Shown here piece by piece: positions 52,990 to 64,000 of a DNA stretch of 64,000 nt (positions are counted from its first letter, which is position 1; the number at the start of each line of letters is the position of its first letter). The notes beneath the pieces were generated by a model. The model had not been told where the DNA came from and made no database searches. It worked only from the letters and a program-made list of their open reading frames with translations. The stretch comes from Rhina ancylostomus. Lineage: Eukaryota. A program made the position numbers and the translations under genes. The stretch spans positions 47,943,001 to 48,007,000 of the forward strand of contig JARFYF010000063.1 of assembly GCA_030265395.1 (NCBI GenBank), written 5' to 3'.

Positions 52990-54420
52990 GCATAGACTAA
53001 AATCATAAGGCCACAAGGCAAAGAAGCAGAAGTAGGCCATTCAGCCCATTGAGTCTGCTCCATGAACTAAACTAAACTATTCCCATCTAGCCCCAATTTC
53101 TGGTGTTATCCTCATATCCCTTGATACTTTGACTAATTAGATACCTATCAATCTCCTCCTTAAACACCCTCAATGATCGGGCCTCCATAGCTGTATGTGG
53201 CAAAGAATTCCATAAATCCACGACCCTCTGGCTAAAGATATTTCTCCTCATTTCTGTTCTAAACGGGTACTCTCTAATTCTAAGACTGTGCCCTCTGGTC
53301 CTGGACTCACCCACCAAGGGAAGCAGCTTAGCCACATCTTCTCTGTCCATTCCTTTCAACATTCAAAACATTTCTATGAGGTCCCCTCTCATTCTTCTGT
53401 ACTCCAGTGAGTACAGTCCAAGAGCCGATAAACACTCATCATATGTAAGCCCTTTCATTCCCGGAATCATCCTCATAAATCTCCCCTGAACTCTCTCCAA
53501 CATCAGTACATCCTTCCTAAGATATGTGGCCCAAAACTGCACACAGTATTCCAAATGAGGCCTCACCAGTGCCCCATAAAGCCTCATCAACACTTCCTTA
53601 CTTTTATACGTTATACCTCTCGAAATGAATGCCAACATAGCATTTGCCTTTTTTTTTACCGCCGATCCAACCTGGTGGTTAACCTTTAGGGTATCCTGTA
53701 CAAGGACACCCAAGACCCTTTGCACTTCTGTACTTTGAATTCTCTCCCAATGCAGATGATAATCTGCCCATTTATTTCTTCTGCCAAAGTGACAACTGCN
53801 NNNNNNNNNNNNNNNNNNNNNNNNNNNNNNNNNNNNNNNNNNNNNNNNNNNNNNNNNNNNNNNNNNNNNNNNNNNNNNNNNNNNNNNNNNNNNNNNNNNN
53901 NNNNNNNNNNNNNNNNNNNNNNNNNNNNNNNNNNNNNNNNNNNNNNNNNNNNNNNNNNNNNNNNNNNNNNNNNNNNNNNNNNNNNNNNNNNNNNNNNNNN
54001 NNNNNNNNNNNNNNNNNNNNNNNNNNNNNNNNNNNNNNNNNNNNNNNNNNNNNNNNNNNNNNNNNNNNNNNNNNNNNNNNNNNNNNNNNNNNNNNNNNNN
54101 NNNNNNNNNNNNNNNNNNNNNNNNNNNNNNNNNNNNNNNNNNNNNNNNNNNNNNNNNNNNNNNNNNNNNNNNNNNNNNNNNNNNNNNCACAGCCTCTCCC
54201 TTATCCACCCTACCTGAGATTTCCTCAAAAAACTCCAATAGGTTGGTCAGGCAGGATCTTCCCTCCATGAAACCATGCTGGCTTGGACCTATCTTGTCTT
54301 GAACCTTTAGGCATTTCATAACCTCACCCTTGAGGATCGATTCCAATAACTTTCCAAACACTGATGTCAGTCTAATAGGTCTGTAATTTCCTTCATGCTG
54401 CCTCCCACCCTTAAAATGGG
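52990..54420 (-). mobile_element. CR1 LINE, relatively young, 5'-truncated, RT region
   Basis: ORFs 53363-54361 and 53087-53362: SQHGFMEGRSCLTNLLEFFEE...LVRPHLEYCVQFW...LERVQGRF...RRMRGDLIE...RTRGHSLR...FSQRVVDLWNSLP. 3' UTR taggccattcagcccattgagtc. Confidence 0.95.
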
Positions 54421-55002
54421 TGATACTGATTCAACAGCCTGTTTTCTTTTGAAACCAGTGAAAATAAAAACTAACAGTGATGTAAAAGCAGGTTGCCTGT
54501 ATCTTATCACCTGTGTTATACTGTAAGAGAAAGTCAAAACTTCCCCCAAGAGATTAGCCACTAGAAGGTTTAATAAAAGGTTTAAATGACTAACATACAT
54601 GTAGGGCTTGAAGATTTTTATTGATATTTACTGAAAAAGCACTCCAGAAAACCCACTTACAAAATTTGTTTCTTGCTCTTTACAATGATAAATCCCTGTG
54701 TTGTCAATATTTTTATGATGTGATAATGTCCATAGACTATAGACCAATTACATTTGTTTGTGGACATAAGGTAGGTTAGTCTCAGACCTGACTTGGTAAT
54801 TCTGTAGTAAAAAACCTGGTTAGTAATAACACAGTGGCAATGGATGACTTTGGACATGCAGGTATTATTTAGTGCCATTACTAATTTAGTTGCAATTTAT
54901 CATAATTGAAACAGTTGCCAAATTCTTTTAACAACCAAATTTTACCAAAGATAATAATAAAGACCTCCACCCCAAACTGAACCAAAAAATAGAAACTAAA
55001 AA

Positions 55003-55005
<3 letters not shown>

Positions 55006-55048
<43 letters not shown>
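55006..55048. repeat. (CA)21 microsatellite
   Basis: Perfect CA run read directly. Confidence 0.97.
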
Positions 55049-55050
<2 letters not shown>

Positions 55051-56143
55051 TGTACATTGTTTAAGCCCACACTATTTTGAAAACAATCCACAACCAATCT
55101 TTCCAGCAAGTCTGATCATTTGTGACAGCTATTTTAATGCTGCAGTCTTGATCTAACTTTTTGCAGCCAACCAAGAAGATTTCCTTTTGTAGTTTTAACT
55201 GAGTCACGGCCAATGCATCAAGTGAAAGATCACAACTTCCAAGGCTTGCTAAATACAATGTTGACCATACACAGAATTACTTGCTCATACACTACAATTC
55301 TGCATAAAAATGAGAAGACGTCGAAATGGCAGTTTTTAAAAGTTTTTTCTTCAGTCATGAAAAACATAAAATAGCTAGAACTGAGAACTTTTCTGGACTA
55401 CGCAAATGAAAACCCTCATGAAAAGTTACTTTCAAAATATCGAGCCAGAAATTTCAGAACTATTTTTCCAACTGCACATCCTAATTTGAAAACATTTTCT
55501 TCATACAAATAAAATCTATGTCCAGTATTTTTTAAAGGTAATGAAACTTCGATTATTGGTGGTGAATTGACTCCTAGTTTTGTTTGTGCACTTCGAAGGG
55601 ATGGATTTTTAATAGTTAACTTAAGCAAATTCCATTTTATCATGAACTGAATCTGACAGAGGAAAATATATAAAATATAGAATGTTTATATTTTTCTCAC
55701 TTGATGATCATAGTAAAAAGTAGATATGACTACAAGTCAAGGAAAACAAATTTAGATTGATCCCTATACCATTGCTAAAATTAGTTTTATGTTCATGATA
55801 TTCCAGATACATCATGTATTGATATAAATCCCAGAGTGGGAAACTAGTGTTGTAGGATTTAGGTAGACATGATTTAGTGAAAGCATACTGTTGATATTTT
55901 GATCCCATTTGATTTTTGTTCCATTCTTTTACATGGGTGCACAGTCCTGATTTCCCATGCAGCACCATGCCCAAGGTCATAATTTATACCCAGATGGCAC
56001 AGATGGAAATCTACTCCAGTGGCTTTCTCGGATATAGAAACTTGCCTGATCAAAATGCGGATGGTGCACTGTTAATATATCATAGCTGCCTCAATTCGCT
56101 ATTACTCTCAGTTGCACTGACATACAATTACAATACAAAATTA

Positions 56144-56813
<670 letters not shown>

Positions 56814-59454
56814 TTATTAAGAAAAAATCAATCTATTGGGTGATAATAAAACAATACAAGATCTGTAAGAGTTTTTAATTGTTTCTCAGACATTATTACT
56901 GTAAAATAATAAAAGAAATAAGGAAGTAAGTATTGTACACTTAAAAACCTGGTAAATTCAAGAACATTTGTTACAAGCTACAGTTTGTGCATTCCAAAAT
57001 TTAAAGAATGTGAACTTAATCTTTTCTGGTTGGAATGGTATTTTACCAATAACAGGCCAATCATTATTTTAATTGAAGAAGAAATCCTTATTCCATAGAA
57101 AATCTGTGCTTTAGACTATACTTCAGGAGAGTCTGCATTTATCTAATGGAAGAAAGCATTTCAAGCCAACAGATCAGACACACCCATGTGATTATGTATA
57201 GGTGTGTCTACATGTATGAAAATGTCCCCCTATTCTGTCCTGTACTGATCATGATGGAGGCAAAAAAACCTTTGCGTTCCATAATGGCAGTAAAGGACAG
57301 TGACACAAAGGAACACTAACATATGCTATGCATATGCATAAAAACACATTCATGATAAGATCAGGCTCTGTTATGTTTCCTTATTGACGGGGGCTTCTTC
57401 CTTAGAAATCAATTTACAGGCTTTACAAAAAATACTGTTACATCTATATTTAAGTGATCTTAAATTTCCTGTGCTTGGGTAAAGAAAAATATTGTAAAAT
57501 AAAAAGGTTGCATACTTCTGAATTTCTCTTAATCAGGAGTTCCTTTCAAACTTTTTAATTTGTCTCGTTTAATGCATCACTTTTTCCAATTTCTTGTGCT
57601 TGATTTTTTTTTATTCATTATTTCTGTTTTGGCTCCTTACAATATGGCATTTGTATTTACGCCTGCTTTCCTCCTTTTTCTTTGAATAGTAATATACAGT
57701 TGCTATGCACCATTGTAATATTTTCCATGTGAAAAAATGAGCTCACTGAGAGTCCTGGTGACAGGGTCGTATATTCTAATATCTCCGGAATTAAAAATAA
57801 TTAAAACAAATCCAATTCAATGGATGCCTTGGGAGTCATTTTAATGGTCTCTGTCACAGTAGTGTCTGTCAGCAATGTGTAGATCTAACAGCTATTGAGT
57901 TCTCACTGAGCCTATTGGTGACCAAAGCAAAACAGGAACCTTTGACAGCTATGTGACATATTGAGACTGCTGAGACTTACACCTGAGGTTGTAATCAGAG
58001 CTTTTTTATCTTAGGAATTAGCACCATATTAAAAATTTATTATAGGCTTTGTGTATCCATTTTAAGAACTTTTGACAATTGGAGATTTAAACCTACATGG
58101 TAGAATGCAGATCGGTAACTAATTGTGAGTTCCTTTGGGAAAACGTTCTTGGCTTCACATAACCTAGTCAAGTGTTTCCATTTGTGTCCCAATAATAGTT
58201 CATTCATTCATTATTAACTACCAATACATATATAATGTACTCTTAAAAAATCAGCTTCATATCATAAATGCTCAGGATTTTGCAGTGGTTAAATCTTAAT
58301 GTAAATTGTTTCCATGACTATCGAAAGGGAGAGACTGAAGTTATTTTTTCAGGCTGACCACAAGATTGATTAATTCTTAGCTTGCTTAGTACCATAGAAA
58401 GAAAGTTTAAGATATCATTGTTTCAGAATAAAAGACATACTACAATTGGGGTAGCATGCACTTTTAATATGAAAGTCCTCATNNNNNNNNNNTTGGAGCT
58501 ATCTCAGAGGCTGTGTTGAAATCCTGACCACGTATTCATGTAACGGGCAGTTCAATGAAGTAATTTAAGCCTTACACAATTCAAATAATAAGATTTAAGA
58601 ACAGAACTCTCCTAAAATAGTCCTTCAAATGTTGTTTGTTTTTGTTTAAATCAATTAATTGGTACATTGACAGAATTATTCTGAATGTTTTTGAGTCTTT
58701 TGTGCATGAGATTAAACAATCAAACAACATGGGAAATGCTTTACATTGGAGCCAATAAATTACAGTTAATTTTCTGACAGGTTGAGATACAAGTGGCAGT
58801 TAAGTTTTTGAGCAAATGTTTACACCGATGACTTCAGATATCATTCTGCGTAACATTCCTAACTCCTTAAATCTATAAGGATCAAATGAAATGAGGTGAT
58901 ATCTTGATATTCTGATTCCAGATGCTACATATAAATATGGAATGAACTGGAGGTAGACAGAAGAATGTAGAGTTAAACCTGAGTGATGTAGGTTAATGTG
59001 CTTTTGTAGAGAATTATGTGAGCAAAGTGTAGATGAACATGACTGAGAATTAAGAAGGACATAATGCAAAAGTGTAGCCCAGAAAGATGAGGAAAGTTGA
59101 TCAAGTTAAAATGATTTATAAAGATAAAAAAATACACCCTGCACTAAAAATTGTTCACATTACTGTGTAATGATATGTTAAACATGTTTGTAAAGACATT
59201 CTTACTTTGTATATTTGAGCAAAGCTAGAGACCTTAGAAAAACTGTACTCTTCAGTCGAATTACTGACCAGCAAAATGTACATAACCACCTGAGAACTTG
59301 AGGAATTCAGAGTCCTACTACATAATACAGGATGGAATGGAATTGTATTAGATGGTATTGATGTTAAAATGAGGCAGAAGGAAGTGGGAGGTGGTGGTGT
59401 AGAGGAGATTTGGAGCACCAAAAAATTAAGTGAGATTGATATAGCTTTTTAAAA

Positions 59455-59680
59455 AAATGTTTCACTGGATGTAGAATTGCAAGTAATGTTGTCCACCCCA
59501 GTTGTCCTTGAACTGAAGAGCAATTAAAAGTCAACTACATAGGTGGATCTGGGTTCACATCTCAGACTAGGTACAAATAGTGGACTTCCTTTCCTGAGGA
59601 ATATTCATGAAACACATGACTTTTATGATAATGCTATAGTTTCATGATTTCTCTCAGCAAGATTATGTGGCAAGAAACCA
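59455..59680 (-). mobile_element. HE1-like SINE fragment
   Basis: gtccaccccagttgtccttgaactg...caattaaaagtcaactacat...ggacttcctttcctgaggaatatt is the reverse complement of the 31870-32125 family. Confidence 0.55.
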
Positions 59681-60064
59681 AAAGATGTGACAGAATGACC
59701 CAGCATGACATATAATGCTAAGGCATTACATGGATAAAGGAAGGGTATAAATATTTTGGAACGATTTTGAACTTGGTTCTCATATTTGTTTTCAAAATCT
59801 ATTTAATGGAGTTGACAGAAAAGGAATTCATTTTTGATGCACCAGATTCAGTCTGGTTCCGACCGGCAAATTACATTTTAAAAATGTAATTGCTGCAATT
59901 TCTGTCTCCATAATTCAAAAAGAACTGTGTCAAAATCAATTATTATCTTTCCCTTGTGAGGTGTTTGCAACTTCAGTTTTTTTGGACATACTTTGTATAA
60001 GGGAGAGGCTTTACAGACTCTTCCAAAATACCCATCAATACTCAAAATGAAAGCACTAGAGCTC

Positions 60065-60706
60065 ACCTCACCCTATTACTGCGATTTTTGGATTACCAAG
60101 GACTGAGTCTGGCCATTTATCTGCTTCCGCTAACCATATGATTGCCTTTGCTACATTAATGGCTAAGCAATCCATTTTGCTTAAATGGAAGGATCCAATA
60201 CCCCCTACTACCTTTCAATGGTTTTCTCAAACTATATTATGTTTAAACTTGGAAAAAATTAGGAGTGGTACTGTTGATCCTTTGCTTAAATTTGAAGACA
60301 TTTGGAGTCCATTTATCCAATATTTTCACATGATGTAGATCTCCCTTCACTAACTTTTTAATTTAGAGGAACGGACTCGATGACATGACATTGCTCTGTT
60401 TCTATTGAGAAATCTTGGCCCAGTTTTTTTGTTTGCTTAGTTTACATTATTTATAATTTTATTTATTGATTTGGTTTTTTTTCCCCCCTTTTTTTAATTT
60501 ATATAATAAAACTTTTTCTTTCCTTTCTTTTATACTCTCTTCATGAACTAAGGGATCATTGGACTTTTAAAAAAAATATATATTTTATTGTATGATTAGC
60601 TAAAGACTTGAGTGATATCCAGGTCTCTTTGTAACATATGTACAAATTTTGATGCTATACCAATTTATATTGATTTGAAAACTAATAAAAAATTGAAAAA
60701 GAAAGA
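60065..60706 (+). mobile_element. L1-clade LINE 3' end (ORF2 C-terminus, 3' UTR, A-rich tail)
   Basis: PHPITAIFG...IAFATLMAKQSILLKWKDPIPPT...WF...LNLEKIR...KFEDIWSPFIQYF* is typical of fish-type L1 ORF2 ends. T-rich UTR, then aataaa and an A-rich tail at ~60684-60706. Confidence 0.85.
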
Positions 60707-60759
60707 ATATTAAAGTAGAAGTTTAGAAATGGCACATAATTGCAGATATTTTTTTTAAA

Positions 60760-61400
60760 AACTGTAGATGCTGAAAATAATAGAAAATGTTGAAAATACT
60801 GAGCAGTCAGGCAGCAGCTGTGGAAGGAGAAACAGTTAACATTCCAGGTTGAAGCCCCTTCATCAGAACTGGGAAGAGAAAACAAGTTGTAAGTTGCAAA
60901 GAGGGTCAGGGAGTGAGGGATATGACAAAGAGAACATCTCTCATTGGGCAAGGCAAATGTTGCCATGGGATAAGCTGTTAACAAGGTCATCTTTCAAATA
61001 GATTAATGGGGGGGCAGTTACAGGGAGAAATCATGGCCATAAAAACTCTGAAATGAGGGCAGTTAGAGAGAGCACACAGACACAGGCATAAAATGCAGGT
61101 CGGTTGGATGTGCCTAGCTGGTCAAGTGATATTAATGAACATAGAAAAACTGAGCCAATATCACAGATGGATGCCTTTGCCTCTTCTGATATGGACAGAG
61201 AAAGCAGGTTAACTGAAATTACAGAATTTAATGTTGGGTCCTGAAGATTGCAATGCACCCAGACAGAAGGGATGCTGTTCCTGACACTCACAATGGACAT
61301 CATTATAATAATGCAAGGTGGTTGCACACAAGTCAGTGCAGAATGAGGAGAATTAAAGAGACAGGCACTTGGAAGTTCATGGTCACCCCTGAGAAAAACA
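60760..61400 (-). mobile_element. Penelope-like element 3' part with pLTR and hammerhead motif
   Basis: Minus strand near 61280-61210 reads EQHPFCLGALQSSGPNIKFCNFS*. pLTR at 60760-60875 has CAGTT-CTGATGA-AGGGGCTTCAACCT-GGAA-TGTT-AACTG. Confidence 0.8.
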
Positions 61401-62349
61401 GGCACCCAACTTTTGGAACATGGAATGGAGTTCTTACAGGAGGCAGGATGGGAAATGAAGAGAAATCACATAGCAGGAACTCAATTTATGGCTGTCATTA
61501 AGGAGATAAGAGACAAGAGGAAGACGGAGATAGTTCCCATATTCACTCAAAGGTATGCAAGTCCTAGTCCACAAGGTGCACGTCTGGAAGGAGAGGTTAT
61601 GCACCAAATTGGCAAGGTACATTGGGAATGGTGGCCAAGAGACCCATCAGGCTCTCCAGAGGTAATGCCTGGCAGGACTTGGGCAGAGTAGTCAGCAACA
61701 AGAGTANNNNNNNNNNTAATGCAGAAATGCTACAAGAAATTTCATGATCTCAAGATCTGTTCACCACTGTTTACATCAGCAGACTGTCAGAAAATACATC
61801 CAAGTTCTTTAAGCATGGACCCTGCACAGAAGGATGCAAGGGGATTTTCTACATCATCTGATTTCTGCTGGTAAGGATTGTAGTACAGACAGTCACTTGG
61901 TTTACCAGGGGAAATTTTGTAGGCTCTTTATGAAAATTGTCTCTCAAGGAATATGTTGCATCCCAAGTAGCCAATGCCAACCTTCTCCACTCAGCTGTAA
62001 GATAAGCTGTGGGTGCTGAGCTTGCTGCTCCTCCTCTGGCACTGGGTGCAGTACAAGGTTTGCCAAATCAAGTCTCTGCATCTACTCTGTATGGGCTGTA
62101 GAGTGTCTCCAGACGAACGAAGGCAATGAATTCTTATCAAGGAGACCTATAGCATTTTCCACTATCATCCTGATAGGTCCAAATCTTACACATCCATTGC
62201 TCAGTTGCTGAAATAATTCTTCAATTTATTTTTTAAAAATATGGTTTTGATTAATAAAGCATTTACCAGAAAAGGAATATAAAGAGTAATGCTAACACTT
62301 ACAAATCACTAGGGAAGTAGTACTGAGCAAATTGCTGGAGCCGTGGGCT

Positions 62350-63770
62350 GACGAATCCCGGCATCCCAGAGCCCTAAAAGCAGTGAGATGGTTGATGCAT
62401 TGGATTTAATTTCCAAAAATTCTCAAGCCAGAAAGAGCAAATGTAATTCGTTTATTCAAAAGAGAGTGACACAAAACTATAGGCTATTTACCTTAACAGT
62501 TGTCATTGTGAAAGTTATTAGACTTTATTGCACTGCACTTAAAAAAAATTCAAGATAATTATCCAAAGTCGACATTTTATAAATGGGAGTGTGTTTGACC
62601 AATTTAGTGGCATTCTTTGAAACAGTGATATGTCCTGTGGATAAAGAGGAACTAGCAGATGTACTGTACTTGGATTTGCAGAAGGTATTTGACAAGGTGC
62701 CACTTCAAAAGTTGTCGCAGAAAATAAAAAGTCATGGTCTAAGAGAAAATGTTTTGGCATGGATAGCAGATTGGCTGGCTAATAGAAAATAAAGTAAGAT
62801 AAGTAGGTATTTTTCTGATTGGCAAGATGTAACACATGTGCCACAGAGATCAATGTTGAAGTCTCAACATTTTACAATTTATATAAATCACTTGGATGAA
62901 GGCACCAAAGACATGGTTGATAATTTTAAAGATGGCATAATGATGGGCATATAAGCAAGTTGTGAAGAGGACTTAAGAATGCTACAAAGAGATAAAGGTG
63001 GGTTAAGTGAGTGGGCAAAGATCTGGTACATAGAATATAACGTTGGAAAATGTAAAATTATCCATCTTGGCAAGAAAATTTAAAAAAAAAAATCACCTAA
63101 ATGGTGAGAGATTGCAGAGGAATCCAAATGTCCTCGTGCATTATTATAAAAAAAGGGTAAGTTACAGGTACAATAAAGCTTTCAATTTTGGACAAAAATT
63201 GAGAGTATCTTTTTGTTTATTTCTCAGGGATTTGAATACAAAAGGAGGGACTCTATGCTTCAGTTATATAAAGATACAGAGTACTGTACATCACATTGGT
63301 CTCAGTTAAGTATATAAATGCATTGAAAGCAGTTCTGAGGTTTCCTGAATGAGCAGATCAGAGGTTTACAGGATGTGTGGGTTGTCTTATGAGGAAGGAT
63401 TGTATAGGCTGGTTCAGAAGAGCAAGAGGAAACTAGGCTGAAATAAACAAGATCCTGAGGGTTCTTGACAGAGTGGATGTGGAGAAAATGTTTCCTCTTA
63501 TGGGAGAAGATAGAACTAGTGCTCATTGTTTAAAGCTCATTATTTAAGACTATTAAGTGAATTTTTTTTCTCCAAGGATTCCAAGTTTTTGTAATTTCCT
63601 CGTCAAAGGGTGGTAGAAGAAGAGTTTTTGAATATTTTTATTACAGAGGTAGATTCTTGGTAAACAATGGTATGAAAAATCACAGGGAGGAGACACGAGT
63701 GCTGAGGTTACAATCAGTTCAAACACGATCTTGCTGAATGACAGATCAGGCTCAAGGGCCTGAGTTTGTG
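62350..63770 (+). mobile_element. CR1 LINE, decayed RT region through 3' end
   Basis: CLTNLVAFFE...DVLYLDLQKVFDKVP...LAWIADWLANRK with many frameshifts. 3' UTR gaatgacagatcaggctcaagggcc. Confidence 0.9.
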
Positions 63771-64000
63771 GGTAGCAATGATGAAATTCATTTAGGTCAA
63801 TTTATAAAATCACAAAATAATCCAAAGTTAATAAAAACACCACATTCCTACAGTTTGGTGGGTCACTGTGCTTAACTTCAATGTAAATTTCTAATTCGTT
63901 TTGGAACTTCTTCCTTCTCACAGACAATCTATCGTTGCCCAACTCTGTTCCCAAAATCTAAATACCTTCTAGTTCCTGTAATCCTGCATTACTTCTGACA

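Noticed and set aside
39717-55979. NR5A-type sites TGGCCTTGG (39717-25), TCAAGGTCA (49783-91) and CCAAGGTCA (55971-79) as autoregulatory elements
   Set aside because: A few hits to a degenerate 9-mer are expected by chance in 64 kb, and I have no conservation evidence.
63961-64000. Minus-strand GAA CTA GAA G|gtatt resembling the end of the preceding NR5A2 zinc-finger exon (..MKLE|)
   Set aside because: Upstream codons read VRSNAGLQELE, not FQKCLxVGMKLE, and the region looks like a CR1 remnant.

Overview
Vertebrate genomic DNA from a gappy scaffold. The repeat content (SacSINE1/Deu-like SINEs, HE1/HER1-like elements, CR1, L2, L1/Tx1, Penelope) points to a cartilaginous fish (shark/ray). I can support only one host protein-coding exon: the large Ftz-F1-box/hinge/LBD-start exon of NR5A2 (LRH-1) on the minus strand (56153-56797), with canonical splice sites. 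Everything else appears to be NR5A2 intron: >56 kb downstream and >7 kb upstream, with no neighbouring exon recognised by eye. The most interesting signal is a set of Penelope-like pseudo-LTR (pLTR) copies that each carry a minimal hammerhead-ribozyme motif with covarying stems. Several occur as palindromic two-armed insertions flanked by target-site duplications (TSDs), and one shares a perfect 15-bp TSD with an oppositely oriented Tx1/L1-type 3' end. Repeat family names come from recalled consensus features, not database searches, and repeat boundaries are approximate unless a TSD or TIR is given.
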